A stretch of 64,000 nucleotides of DNA from Lingula anatina (taxonomy: Eukaryota; Animalia; Brachiopoda). Made by a program: the position numbers and the translations under genes. Of this stretch, positions 34,360 through 62,751 are shown piece after piece. The notes under the pieces are model-generated. The model ran no database searches, had not been told where the DNA came from, and saw only the letters and a program-made list of their open reading frames with translations. Each line of letters begins with the position of its first letter. The first letter of the stretch is position 1. The stretch lies in contig CM120640.1 of assembly GCA_051362555.1 (NCBI GenBank), positions 59,808,788 through 59,872,787 on the forward strand, in the 5' to 3' direction.

Positions 34360-37300
34360 TCACCAATTACCATAATCAAAGTCGTCATTTCCAAATACCC
34401 AAAAATATCCTAAAATTGTCAAGAATACTACTGCATTTCCAGACATCACAAGTCCACATGCTGCCCACTGGATCTGAAATAAAATGGTAACACAAAAAAA
34501 ATCAAAATGACCATGACAAGCTGTGTTCAGTGTGACTACAAAAAAAAATAATAATAATAATAAATAAATAAAAAAGCTGTGCCGACATCTTCATTAGAGG
34601 ATTATAGAGAGACTAAATGGCAATAATAATCACACTAAAATTCCGAAGTGTCCATCCCCATCTCTAGGTCAGTCAATCTCAAAAGTTTTAACATCCTCAC
34701 TCTAATTATCTAGGAGATGGCTGAAATTACAAAAAAAAAAATTAGAATAATCCACCCCCAGGGACAGCCTTACCCACAGGCACACAAAAACTTCAAAGTT
34801 CCCATGAACATCCCAAACGATAGGCATATCAAATCCCAAAGTTTGAACTTTGTCACTCTCATGGTCTAAGGGAAGATGGTGGAAATTATGGATGCTAAAT
34901 GTGTTTCTAGGACCGCATTCACATTGAGTTGAGCCATGGATCTATAAAGCCATGAACTAAATATGGCGGACGTTCATGAAAGGAAAACCGCCTAATCTTT
35001 TAATAGTCTCTCCGCCTCTCACGCCTCCCCATGTGCCGTCCCAATGGAGCCGAGATTTAATGACTGTACCCCCGCAGGGACGACGCATGGGGAGGCGTGT
35101 GAGAGGCGGAGAGACTATTAAAAGATTAGGCGGTTTTCCTTTCATGTACGTCCGCCATATTTAGTTCATGGCTTTGTAGAGCCATGGCTCAACTTGATGT
35201 GAATGCGGTCTAGTACTTAAGTGGCCTGCCGTCGAGCACCTAATAGTCTATCACAAGTGAATACATGTATATGCTTGACGTTAATATTAATTTAAATACA
35301 ACTTGTTTACACATTCCATTTAAAACATGCCCATGAATCACATTCACTTACAATGCTTGTATGTGCTAGGATAATTGGTAATCCAAAAGCTGAAACTACT
35401 ATTCCCGTAGTTAAGAAGATACACATTTCTACAAAGGCGCTGCTGCTTTCAAGGCTATCTGCGTATCTTCTGGCTACCACTGTGGGAAGTGGACTTAATG
35501 CATAGAACATTAATACAAACATAGGCCACCAGTTGCTGAAATGAAAATTAAGGTATCTGATTATTTGCAAATAATACAGCAGTGACTTTGATTATTAAAA
35601 TTTTTTAATGTTCATAGGATTTTTGGTGAGAAATAAACCAATCAATCTGACTGCACATATATTTGTCTACTACTGATAATACTATCACACTTTAATTAGG
35701 CATCACCACAGACTAATGTGAGAGAAGTTTGAGGTAAAAAGGAATCCCTTTGTAACATCTGCCATGTCATTATGTCAAATATTTAAGTCAATTTTTGGAC
35801 AAAATAGTCCTGATTATGAGTACAGTATTAAATGTTTTGTTTATGGCACATGCTATCATCAACTAAAGAAAATCATTGGTGAATAACTCTGACCTTGTTA
35901 TTGAACAGAAAATGTTAGACAAACACTACACATATTCTTACTTTGTCGAAGAAGAAAATGAAAAATTTTAACTTTTTTTCAGAAATATTTCTGTCTTTCC
36001 AATAAGAATGTGTAATATTGGCCCAAAATCTACGCCACAGTGAGGCCAGATCAATGATCTGGGTAAACTTTTTGATTCATCTTAAATAAGCCTAGGACTC
36101 AAAATACTGTATAATTGAGTCCTAGAATCGCCCAACTATTTGACCCTAAGACATAAAAAGAAAATTTTATAGCTTAGCCCGAAATTATATTTAATGTAGA
36201 TGCTTCACCTACAGAGACAGCCATACTAATTACTGAATTTACTTACTTGTATTCTGGTAGTGCACATCCCAACACTAGAAGAGTGATGCCAATTGCTGCA
36301 GCAAAGGCAAGAGCCACTAATCTAAAAGGTACATATATATATACATACAGAAATGTATATATATTTTTATATAATTCTTATATATAAATTTCACTGCAAA
36401 TGAGAATAAAACTACCAGAGTTCATGAAAAAGCAATATCAAAGTTTGATATAATTGTTGTTAAAACATCAGGGCCCGGTTTCATAGCACTATCCTATGGA
36501 TAAAAATGGCTGCTATCCTCTGGATAGCGATATCTAGAGGATAGTGCATCAACAGTGGATAGCGTTATCCAGGGGATAAATCAGCTTATCCAGAGGATAA
36601 AGTTGTCCGCTTGAAATAGGTGGGATAAATCAGCTATCATGCTGTTAAATCGTCAAAAATGGCGAACCTGCTTGCTTTGGGAGCAAATCCTGAGATTTCA
36701 CAGGCGTAGAATGATTAGAAAGAGAATTTAGATGTGTTTGCTTTTGATGCTTTGAGAGATACTGAATCAATTGATTACATAACAGACTTTATCAAAGTTG
36801 ACATCGCGCCTGCTACGAACAGAACCCATGCAATCTCCATGAGGGACCAATTATCTTTTATTTTACTAAAAACATACCTTTTACATCGACGAAAAATAAA
36901 ATTCTACATTCGTGGGATAAGTCAGTTATAACTACAAATTGTTCACTATGACACGTACAAGAGTGCAATTATATTGAGGTGCAATGTGTTGTCACTAGTA
37001 CATATCAACAAATTATTATGAGTGAATAGAATGATGCAAAATATACTGAATTCTATGTCAAAATAAATGTACTTACGCTGTTGGATCCAAATAAAAAGTA
37101 GCATGAAAAGAAAAAATATAAATAAATAATAATTTGGTTTAAAACTTATCAAATCTCATAAAATGAAAAATCCAAAACTCAATCTTAGTAAATAAAAGAG
37201 CAAAGGACAGATATTTGTATTAGATAAATAAAGGGATAACAACTACTCATTTTGGCCAAAAATGGATTTCCTGGGGTAAAGGACAATTTTCCCATACTTA

Positions 37301-40300
37301 CCAATGGTAAATTAATCCATTCCTACATTTAAAGTAAGTCCCTTTTTTTCTAAAAAGTTTGGTTTTTCGTAATATTCTCTTAAGAGATTATTGCAGAGTG
37401 TAACCATCTATGGAGGTCGTGCGATGTGAGGGCAAGCACAAATTCCAGAATAATTGTGTTTTGGTGGTAAAATAGAATTTATTATATTTCTATGAGTCAA
37501 TTACAATGTATTTAATGTGAAATATGGATATCTTATGAACGGTTGTTATCCCTTTAATATATGTCTCCATCATAGTAAAAAACAGTTCTCTGGAGGATCA
37601 GTCCCATACAATGAAAGATGTTAATGGTCTAATTCTTTTAGGACTCTTCAAACAGTATATTTCAACTTAAAAGTAATATTCAATATTAATAGTGGAAATG
37701 CATTATAACACTAATTAAACAATCAATATCAACTATACAATCAATTTATCTATTACATGATGCTGGCAGTGAAACTCCCACTTTATATATACAACCTAAC
37801 CATACCTGTTCTTTCACTGAAGTCTAATTCTTTGTAATCAATTTTTGTTTTAACTTTAAAAAAATTAATGTCAGGAAAATGTTTATTAAAATTGGCAAGC
37901 TGAACTATGACCAGTTAGAAATCTAAAGACGGTCAACATGGGTTAGACCACAGAACAGGGATAGGTTTGAAGCAAAATGTTTATCATATTTGTGTAACAT
38001 GAGATTGTTTATGATTATTTCTACTAATTCCCATTGAAACTGGACTGTTTTAACCTACTGAATAATAAAATTAGGAAACAAACACCACTTATCAGCATTA
38101 TGATGATCAACGGAAGTACACGAAGTAGGAAGAGGGCACTGAATTCTCCATGCTTTCGATCAATCTAGAGGCTCAAAAGTAACATGGACAGAAAATTCAG
38201 GTCACAAGTACGTTTCAAATAAATATGTTCTAAATTTCTGTTTGATTTGCTTGCACACACTTGACATAGATGCGACTATGAATGACAAGAATGTTCCATA
38301 AAAATTATTAGCTTGTTTCATTTTTTCTTTTCAAATGGCGAAGTCAGTACATAGAAGGAAACTATGCCTGTAGTACTGATTTATCACACATGATACTTCA
38401 TTTTAACCTTTCTTGGTCTGTTTTCTTTCAACATAGACTAATCATGTGCTTAGTATTTTCCAATCTCTTGTCATTCTCTGGGTTTTTCTGGAGGGGTGGC
38501 TAATGTTTTTTCTTCACCTCTCTTAGCACCATCCTTGCCAGACGTTTCCCGCATCTCCAGTGGCACCTAATACTAGTAGTAACATTAGGGCCTCAGACGT
38601 GGTATTTGACCCCATTCCCATAGATTTTAGATCGATCTATCCCTGTTGGCAGTCTGACTAGATTACTGTCAGCTTAGGCGGCTTAAGCGTCTGTCCCGCC
38701 TACTAAAAGCTGTAAGGGGGTTATTAACTATGGTGCGCGCTCGGCTGACTGCAATTTAGCGTTAACCCCCAGGGAGTTAGGTCAATCTAAATCTACATCT
38801 CTGGATGGATCTAAATCTCTAGGAATGCCCCCTTTCACTTATGAGCAACTTGCGAGACTTTACATGAAATTGAGTGTCTTGCAGGCCATTCCTGGAGATG
38901 GAGCTGTTAAATTTGGACAAGTCATCGAAATTAGAAATACAGAGCTTGAAAATGGCTCATTGGATTTTCATTTTCTCAATGGTTTTGGAGAGAGTATACC
39001 TCAGCCAAAACAGGAAAATTGACGTTTCGAGAAAAATTAATTTCTTTGCTATATAAAGGTTCAACCCACACTGCTTGTCTTTAAAGATTATATTTTTAGA
39101 AATAATATAGCTTAAAGAGAAGCATCAGTTTCTAGAGCCTAAATAAGAATAAAAATATCATTTTTAGTAATTTGAAGTTATTTTCTGCATACCTTGATCA
39201 CTTCAGCTGTTAATGAGAGAAGAAGCAAGGATTAAAACTAACGTTTCACCTGACAAATGTCATAAACAACACCAGTGAACAACTATTCCAAGGGTCAAAC
39301 CTTCGACCCCAACCACCACTCCCCAAAAGCTTCAAATGAGGTGTTACACCTGTTCATGAATACTTCAATTTCCTCTCACACCAGGTATATCATCTGTCAG
39401 AGTCAAGCCACAAGATCAAATAATTAAATAAAACAACATTCACCCCATTTCCATAGATTAGATCGACCTACTTTAGATCGACCTAACTCCCTGGGGGTTC
39501 ACGCTAAATAGCTGTCAGCCGGGCGGACACGAAAGTTAATTACCTCCTTACAGCTTGTAGTAGGCAGGACGGACATTTAAGTCGGATTATCTGAAAGTAA
39601 TCTAGTGAGACTCCCCGCGGGGATAGATCGATCTAAAATCTATGGGAATAGAGCCATTGATTCAAATGGTTGACTAACAAGTTTTTTTAATCTTGTGAAG
39701 CTGCTGCCAGAGGGTAGATGGTATCAGTTAAGGAGGCATCTCATTAACCAGAAGGATCATTGGTCCCAAGGTTTTTTTGGTCCGAAAAAGGTATGCATGC
39801 ACCATGTATGACATTTACTTTATTACCAGTACAGTATACACTTATTCATGCATTAATTTGGACCCTTAATTTGGACTACTGTTACATGTAGCCCCAGTTT
39901 AAAATGTCAGTTTTTATTTGGTAGATTTAGTTAAACACATTTCTATAATTCACTTTTCTTGAAAAAAAATTGATAGAATGCACTTAAATTCCAAGGGACA
40001 CAAAGTGGAAAGGGTCTAACAGAATTGCTCTACACTACAAAGTATATACACTACCGTACTACAATATACGAAGTTATGGTACTTAGTATATACAGATATA
40101 TCAGATGCTGATGTTGATTGGAAAACGTGACCTTCACAGAAAGTTCAGATGTTATTAAAATCATCATTAACTAATTAAAATCTACATATTGACATTAAAA
40201 AGCAAAGTGTTACTAATTTTATATTACAAATGAAGACCTAAGTTATCTTGTGAAATAAGTGCATGCTGTCCAGCTACACCCTAGCTGGCAGGGCATTGGG

Positions 40301-40473
40301 GAGGAATATGTTTCTGTCTACCTCATGTATACCAAAACAGTCCAAACACATACAATATATGCTGCTTTAGAAACAAAAATGTTTTTCTGATGAAGGACAT
40401 TAAGCAATGTCATCTCAACCTTAACTGAAAGAGAATGAAGCAGATGACAGATCTCACCTCTTATTCCTCCCAT
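34360..40473 (-). CDS. LEPROT: Leptin receptor gene-related protein / Vps55 family (LEPROT/LEPROTL1-like)
   Basis: Exons 40473-40458 (MGGIR), 36321-36247 ([24 protein letters not shown]), 35535-35352 ([17 protein letters not shown]...[19 protein letters not shown]), 34473-34360 ([37 protein letters not shown]). The exon1/exon2 junction is 1 nt out of frame (see findings). Confidence 0.9.
34911..35210. mobile_element. PIF/Harbinger-like foldback MITE (~130-bp TIRs)
   Basis: gaccgcattcacat... / ...atgtgaatgcggtc flanked by a TAG/TAG 3-bp TSD. It is a near-perfect palindrome, which explains the mirror ORFs 34957/34976. Confidence 0.85.
36471..36860 (+). mobile_element. Truncated PIF/Harbinger transposon 5' end with HARBI1-like transposase fragment
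   Basis: Terminus gggcccggtttcata and repeated subterminal GGATA/TATCC motifs. The peptide [28 protein letters not shown] resembles the HARBI1/Harbinger transposase N-terminal region. The frame is disrupted. Confidence 0.6.
37230..37557. mobile_element. Kolobok-like MITE, diverged copy
   Basis: aagggataacaac...gttgttatcccttTAA; homologous to 42398-42745 and 51443-51788. Confidence 0.7.
38609..38830 (-). mobile_element. MITE, diverged inverted copy of the 39442/54631 family
   Basis: Reverse-complement similarity (cccatagattttagatcgatctatccc; aacccccagggagttaggtc). Confidence 0.7.
39442..39654 (+). mobile_element. ~210-bp MITE
   Basis: TIR-like ends ccccatttccatagatt / aatctatgggaatagag; highly similar to 54631-54844. 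Confidence 0.8.
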
Positions 40474-40777
40474 GACTGAGTGACGTCATCAACCTATGCG
40501 TATAATCTCCAATACAGTATGTGAATTGAATTATTGGGATTATTTAAATCGTTTATGTAATTTAAGGACGGAATTGAATTTCACTATCGCTTTATATACT
40601 TTATGATGGTTGAGAAATCAAATGCACCTATTACCAGTCATTCTTCTCTTCTCTTTTCTGATGACGTTTCATTATCGGCCATTTTCAGTCAAAACGAGGA
40701 TCCTTGTTCACCTGTGAGCATCGCTTTTTGAGTAAATCGTATATTGTATTTGTAGAAACCCCACTCCGACAGAAAAA
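40474..40777. promoter_or_regulatory. Bidirectional promoter LEPROT / VCP
   Basis: Divergent ATGs are 305 bp apart. A full CRE TGACGTCA is at 40481-40488, a half-CRE at ~40662, and another full CRE at 41303-41310 in VCP intron 1. Confidence 0.65.
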
Positions 40778-54982
<14,205 letters not shown>

Positions 54983-57900
54983 ACTGAAAAACGTACAGTA
55001 ATCAGAGATGATCAAGAATGAGAGCAATCTTTAAACAGATGAAAGAAAATGGACATGTATTATGAACAACTTGGAACATACTTGGAATGATTCACTATAT
55101 AGAGTAAATCCAGTCACAGTCAGCCCTTTTATCAAGCTATTTTACTGTATTCTTTTCAAGCCTGTGGGGATGTAAACTATACGACAAGGACCTGAAAAAA
55201 AGTGCACAATACGTGAATTACAGGAAGGAAAGTTTATTAGCTTTCAGATGATATTGATTGTTGACTTCCCTTTTGTACTTTGTACAGTAATATACAATCC
55301 TTAATCCTTGCTTAATATATTGGAATTATTATAACAGGCTTTCTGGTGTACTATAAGAAACCCTGATTATTAAAATGTGTTGGTATCTATACTGAATCAC
55401 TTGTAAAATATCAATCTTCAAAAAAGTCACTTATTTAACAAAGGATTCTCTTGATCCTGAGGGGATAAATGAAATTGCCTTTTCACTTCTTGTTAACATT
55501 GAAAGGAAGGATACCAAAGCGTTGAGTGTTTATTTATTAATGGCTGAGAATATTCCAATTGTGACACAAAGAATGAATAAAGTGTTGCAAAATACTCTTT
55601 ACTGTTATGATTGAGATGACGGTGTGTGGAATCTTTTTGTCATTAAAGGCTTTTCTTTTTGGACAATGCTTCTATTTTTTAGGCTTGTCACAACCTTTTT
55701 ATACACAGACAATTTGAACATGTTATCTGCCATCCTTGTAGTCTGGCGCATGCAAAATGAAGTATGCCCTTCGTAGTATTCCTCTGGCACTTGCCCCATT
55801 TTTCCAAATCAAAATTCTGTTTTATTTTTAAGTCATAGGGTTGTCATAAAATGCACATCGATTTTGAAATTTTAAATACTATACATTGTTTTTAGAAAAT
55901 TCACATTCTGTGATATTTAAAGGAAGGCTATACGGGATTTACCCAGCGACCAATTTTTCCTACCTGCAGATCACTGGTCGACCTGTCCCTGCACTTGAAT
56001 TCGATGTTTTGTCCCATTTTTAATTTAATTATTTATTTTTGAATGACTGGCCAGTCGTTAAGAACGCTGTCTTTCTGTACATATCAAAATGAACTATCGG
56101 CACTTTTCGGGCAATTTTACTTGAGAGGTTTTAAAATTTATAATTAAAGTTGGGAAAGATAAGTAGCTTTGTAGGACACGTAGACAAAATATAACATAAG
56201 AGATTTTTCAAACGCATACAGTAAACCTTGAGCAAAGTATATATTCTCATATCTAATACACCCCTTGCCCCGAAAATGTTATTTTTTGTTGGTGGTGCCT
56301 ATGTTGATTCTACGACAAGTAGAGCAATGTGTCTACTGCAATGCCAGCTAAGAACGTGCCGTTTAATGGGAAATACTGATTTCTTTTTTTTTTAAGATAT
56401 ATATTTATGTTTGCTTTGAAAATGTGAATTTGTCATTCTTTATAAGGATCTTATTACTAAATTACTGATTATAATTTAAATACATTTTGATAAATGATTT
56501 TATAACTAATTTTCTGTTTGAACAGCTTGGGACTAGAAAATCTATCGCAAAATTTCGAGACCTGGCAGTATTCTGGTTCCCACACAAATTCTGGAAATAA
56601 TATCAAACAGAACTCGTATTGAACAGAAAAACTCTCAGTCAAAATTAACAGGATGGCATTTTTATTTTTAAAAAACTTGAAAAAAACAGATAGAAAATTT
56701 AAACAGTAAATACTTCATTGAAACAAGTGTTCCATGCAATTTTAATAATTCAAAGGCACATGTATTCAAAAGATAGTAATTCACTTTAATTCCGTTATTC
56801 TAGATTTCCGAGATCATTTACAAGACTAAACCCATAATATAAAGAATTCATAAATGACTTTAGCTTACCATGTTTTCATTATTCAGTCAAAGAAGTTTTG
56901 TGATTAAATATAGTTATATAGGCGACACCACGACCTAGATTACATAATTATATACGTTTTATTCGTCCAAGATGAAAAGTGTCTTATTGTGATGATGAGG
57001 AATTTAACAGTCGAATTTCCACATAATCAATGAAAAATGGCCACACGAGAACTGCCACAATTATGAAATATTTTGCTAGATTTTGAAATGACTAAAATTG
57101 ACCAAATGATGTACACATCTGTCGGGGTCCTGGAAAAGATAATCCATTTTCCTCTTTTTATTCAATAACCAAAATTCCCATGTAATGGAAATGAACACGA
57201 ATCTCTCACCCTGGGGGCTCGCATCCCCCTCACTTCAACACATGTTGCACGTGCCCGTTGGTTTACGCTATTTATTGGGAAAGTGTAACAAAACTATTGC
57301 GCGTGCTATTGGTTTGGTGCTGATTACGCTCACCAATTAACGATGGCGCGAAACGCGATGTAGTCAGACACGGCGAGGGTTGCGGATCCCTTCAAGCTAT
57401 TTTCTTTGGCATATTTGTCCCAGAAACAACATCCTCCAGGTAGGCTGTGAAATGCACCTTACCATAAACCATGATCATGTATAACTACTGTGTTTACTGA
57501 ATATACCACCCTATCTTTCGTTGCTGTTCAATTTAGCAAACCAAACTTGGTATTATAGATCTGAGAAAACAAGGCTTGTTGCCACTATAAGCAAAGAAGT
57601 GTTTAGACTAGCGTGATCGCACAATATAGAGCATGAATAGTAGAATTTTTAGATTTAACAACACGTGGCAGTCAACAAAAGATTGTGTCGCAGACAATTG
57701 CTCTCCGCTCCCTATATTGTGAACTGAAATTGTGTTTTTCCTTAATTGTCAGTGGCCTTTGCGTCGCTGCTTTCAGAGAACGTGGCCTTCATTTCAACTG
57801 AACAAATTGACCGAAAATGTTTCATGTTATCTTAGGTCGCTGTCGTTGTAACAGTTTCTATAAATCAGCTATTCATCGTTAAAGCCAAAAAAATTACCCA

Positions 57901-58589
57901 GGTAGCTTTTTGAAAAACAAACCGCTACCAGTGCCCGTGTGGTCAGGAAACTAAAGTCCTCCTTATTTTCATGACAAACACGGCTCTTTCAGCGGTACGT
58001 AAATATAAATAATCGTTTGTTGATTTCCTCCATACTTACGCAGTCTAATATTTTAATTGGCGATCCGATGAAAAGCGTCATTTAAGCGCGTATTTTGATA
58101 GTGTAACAAAATACAAGTGTCGAGATTAGGAACCGGACTACCTGCGTTCTAGTCACTCTTTGACTTGTTTCTGCATTGTTTTCACATTCAATCATCTTAA
58201 CGTTTCTGTTATACGTAGGATACCATTCTAATATCAATATTACAAAAAAAAAAAAAAAAAAAAACGAAAAAAAAGATCGCTTTCCTTTTTATCAGTTTTT
58301 CACATATAATATTTCTTTTCAATCCTTGTACAATTATTCTCTCTCTACATCCTATATTTCAAACTCTACTTAAATGCACATTAAGAAACTGATATCCTTT
58401 TTTAAATTACTTTATTTACTTCTCCTGCAGTTTGCCCAATATTCCGACTTAGTTTTTTTCTTGCAATGATCTGAATGTATCACAAAACAAAGGTTTTTAA
58501 AAGTCAATATAAGGATACCCTGCATTTAATATTTTTATTCTGTGAGAACAAAAAGAAACCAGTGCACATCATAATACACTAGAAGTAAA

Positions 58590-58747
58590 ATGGAGCCTTG
58601 GACATCTGTGTCTTGTCAGCGTGTCTCAAGCGTCCCTGTGTCCCCGCTTAATGCATGTTGGAGTAGGCAAGGGTAAACATGGCTATCATCCTGCCACTGC
58701 ATTGATGACATTTCTAGGTGGTCTAAACCCCACAAACAATAAACAAT
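58590..58747 (+). mobile_element. Possible SINE 3' fragment
   Basis: GC-richer block ending in a taaaccccacaaacaataaacaa tail. No pol III A/B boxes were seen. Confidence 0.3.
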
Positions 58748-60214
58748 CTCATATCATGATGCAGATTGTACTGAGATGACAACCAAAGTCGGATTTAGCT
58801 TAGGTTTTTAAAAGAGAAAAAAATTTAAAGTACTTTTCTTACTCAAAAAGAGACGAGATGACATTCAGGTAGACCTACTCCACAAACCCCTTTTGTGTGT
58901 AACATAAGTCTGTTACATTTCTATGTCGCAGCTGTACTTTTCCCCCCAACGTCCTTTATTCATGCTCATTTTGGACTAAGTGGCATGAAGGGAAACCGAT
59001 GCTCCTTCCAGTGTACCTGACTAACAGCCTGGGAGGTCTGCAACACTCGGGTCGTGTTCCCATTATGCATAATTAAAACATCGCTTAGAAACATCATATT
59101 TAGAGGCTTCTCCAAACACACCTGCGCCTCACTTCCCGTGGCCTCTACTGCTCTCTGTGCTCAATTTCTCCACCCCTTATCACCCTTAATTAAATCAACC
59201 CCTCCACACACCATTACTCGCATTGAGACGCCACATTCATTTGTTCCCCACTCCAGAGTTCAAGAAACGATTTATTTTTGCTTTACCGTGGCAAAACATA
59301 CACGATAAAAGTGAGCTTTAGAAATCCTTGGTAGCTTTTTAGGATAGTAACAGTCAGCATACGTACAGCTCTATTCTAAGTTTAACAAGGAAAGAAAAGC
59401 GCAACCGTTAAGAAGAAAAAAAAACAGTTTTGTTTATCAACTTATATACACCATGAATAAAACTCTTCATACGCCCAATCAGGGACTAAAATCTTTGACT
59501 CTTAACCTCGTTTTTTAGTTTCCAGTTTTTGAGAGGATTAAATGTGAGTTTCGCACTTTTTATATCCTAACACCACAAAATCTACGTCAGTTGAAACTGA
59601 GTTGCTGGGCTAAATTTTTTTAAAGTTCGTTATGGTCATGCTAAGAAGTAATTAAAAATCGCGCGAAACATACACAACTGTCATCTCGGTTTGCTTTTTA
59701 GCCGACACAGTCTAAATACTGGCTTCCATTTATCATCGAATATTTACTTAACAAATTCTGACAAATTACTAAACATTTACACCGTGGCCCACCCAAGGAC
59801 TGACACCTTGAAATATAGGCTTTTTCGTGTAGCTGGGACTTGAGTTTTCACTTGTTGTTTTAAGCTACAAATTCAGTCAAATTTTCACATGAAATATTCA
59901 TTGTTTTCTTTGATAAACTTTTCTTTTCACTTTTGCGATTGAAAGTTTGTTTATCATAACTTTGCGACTGCCCAATCACAATTCACTTACCACTTCTCTG
60001 AAAGTGCCAATATGCTAATGTAACTGGAGCTCTCAGCACATATGGGGAGTACTGGGTCCTCCTCCCTGCAGTACACAACATTCAGGACTACCTACATCAT
60101 GTTCAGCCACAAACTGCATGTCTGAGAACTTTACGACCTAGATCATCGCGGGAGATACCTGCCATCATAACGCTACAAACTGGAATTACTTCGGTCTTAG
60201 TACATTTATAAGTC

Positions 60215-60295
60215 ATGGACCTTACAACGACAAAGCCGCTATGGCAAGCCTTGGGTGATCTTACAACAGGCTTCTACAAGGACCCGTTTCCAGAG
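60215..60295 (+). CDS. Candidate alternative first coding exon of downstream gene (MDLTTTKPLWQALGDLTTGFYKDPFPE)
   Basis: ATG to GAG|GTACGT, 81 nt, phase 0, in frame with the acceptor at 63965. Confidence 0.3.
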
Positions 60296-62736
60296 GTACG
60301 TTTCTTATTTAGATTATTGATAAAACTTTTAACTGTCGTCGTAAATTACTGTATTCATTTTATTTAAGAACAAGATTTAACTTTCTTAACTGGTTTCCAT
60401 ACTTATTGTTTGCGAGGCAGTTTCCAAAAATATACAGGCTTGAGAAAAGGTTGCTGCTCTAGTTTGGCCACCGTGCAGTCATTGTGTCATATTAACTGGT
60501 ACACTGCACCACCGACTGAACCTACTTAGTTCATATGAAACCCATGACATTTTCAAGATGAATTTCACTTAGATGAGTTTGCTTTCACGTGCTGCATGCT
60601 AAGCTATTATTATTATTATGGCAAACGAACAGCATAAAAAATTAAACAGACGAAAGTATTTTTAAATTACAATCAAGAAATCGTACAACTTGAAATCAAT
60701 AACTGATAATTCAGTACATATTTGCAAGCTTGGGAACCCACCCATATCCAAAGTAACTGAAACATACATCAAAAATGTTTTCTGTAACGTTTTTATCAAT
60801 TTTGCACGCTTGGATTGCAAAGCTGCTATTCTTGGCTAGGCAATCGCGAGCATATAAATTATTCCATCTTCATAAGGAACAAAAGTATCTTGTTTATGGA
60901 CGGTGAAAGCATTCTAATGCATTGTTTATCAATCTAAATGTTTTCCTGTTTAGGTCTGTGGATAGGGTAAAGCATATAACGGATGCCGTTGCTATCATTC
61001 ATTCGGGACCACACACAGTCAGCGTTAACTTCCTCTGATAAACGTTATAATAATATAAGTGTTAATTAACGCACCTGTGATTTTGATTCGTTCAAGGTAT
61101 TCCGTGTGCACATGTATAATTTCTAAGTTTATTTGCGTTTTTTCTAAGACTTTCCAATTATTGGAACTAAGTCTTTTTTACCTTTTATCTGTGAATATTT
61201 TTCAATGAAAGAGCGAGCAAATGAATAAGCTGTGTACCAGTAACTTACAAGATGCTGGGTAAAAGTCACCTGTGAAAGTCAGTTTCAGTTGCCATTATTA
61301 TTTAAAGTAGCAAACATGTTCGAAATTTCATTCAGTGGTCATGATAAAATAGATATCTTTTCTGCATTAGTTGGGGCTACGTGCGGTAACAGATTGTATG
61401 GCTAATGTTTTCACTAAACGTAAATCCGTGACCCGATGCTAAAATATACCCCAACGTAGTGTGAAATTAAACACATAAACCTAAGATGTGGAAGTTATGT
61501 CGTAAGTAATATAGGCCCCTATATATATATGGACAGAATAATAACAACGGCTAAATGAAAAAATCACGTTTAGATAACCAGTAACAGATAAGACCTTAGA
61601 TTACAAACAATACTTAATCACACACTTGATTTTATCTTAATCTGACCACTAAAATCAAAATGGACTTTATTAAATTATAACTACTTTTCCATGCGCTTCC
61701 ATTTAATATTTGAGAAAGTCACAGAATTTGTAGGAACAGAAACATACTTTCCCTTGAATGCGCTTGAACTCTTTAATATCTTTAATAACCCAAAGAAATA
61801 ATGGGAATCCAAATATCCTTTACATCTAGAACGAGAGATCTATGATAGCAAGGATATGACGTTCTGAAAAAACGGCACCGGCTTCTGAAATATGCGATGT
61901 ATTTACTACGCACCAGGTGTTCACTATCGTAATCATGGAACCATTTGATCTACAATGTATTAATGAACAGCTCAGGTGTAGTAATAACTTTTGAAAAAAA
62001 ACCCCACAAATGATTGTTGTGCTCGTTTTACTGTGAATATGTGAGTAGGGGCCTACTTTTTTTCTTTGAAACGGCTTTTGTACGATTATGATATTTTATT
62101 TGTAAAAATGCCAAACAAAGAAATATTTTCACATTAGTAGTTAAGAAGGATAATATTTATCTGACCAGTTTGGTCAGTCACCGGTAATTTTCTTTCCTAT
62201 GGCCAAACTGCGAGTCTCTGTGAATCTATGGACGTCCGGTCGCAGATAGATGGCGCTGGGTGTTAACTATCCATATGTCCGAGAATGTTGGAAACGAAGT
62301 GGACTGAATGGAAAATATGTAAAGATTACTAATGAAGTAAAACAAAAAAGTAAAGACGTAAACGTTGTAATAAAAGGAGTAAGGTAAAAATGTAAAAGGG
62401 CAAGCTTAACGGTTCTCTTTTTTGACAAAGTTGACGGTGAAGTAGCTTCTTTTCGAATTTACATTTTCAATACTAATTGGTCGTTACAAAATTCTTTCAA
62501 ATAAAATCTTTTCGTTGTTTCTCTAATTTAACCTAGGAAGTACAAGATGTCTGTTTCTTCCCTTAAACGCTTTCATCCTTGCTGGTTCATTCATTCCAAA
62601 TGCACCACCATATTTTAGTTTTCAAACTCGCTCAAGTTTGAGGCGATTCTAATGGACGAATCAGCAGGAAAACCCCGAATATAAACATCGAGCGGCGTTT
62701 ACAGCTGCAACCTCGCGCTCAGTGCTGCTCTCGACC

Positions 62737-62751
62737 ATGGTTAGGGAAGAT
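62737..62751 (+). CDS. Candidate alternative first coding exon (MVRED)
   Basis: TATAAA at ~62680, strong Kozak gaccATGG, donor GAT|GTGAGC, phase 0. Confidence 0.4.

Noticed and set aside
34957-35164. Two 62-aa ORFs nearly identical on opposite strands
   Set aside because: Foldback MITE palindrome.
55920-57965. Possible ~2-kb non-autonomous DNA transposon after VCP
   Set aside because: CpG-richer patches suggest a repeat, but the terminal matches are too weak to define boundaries.
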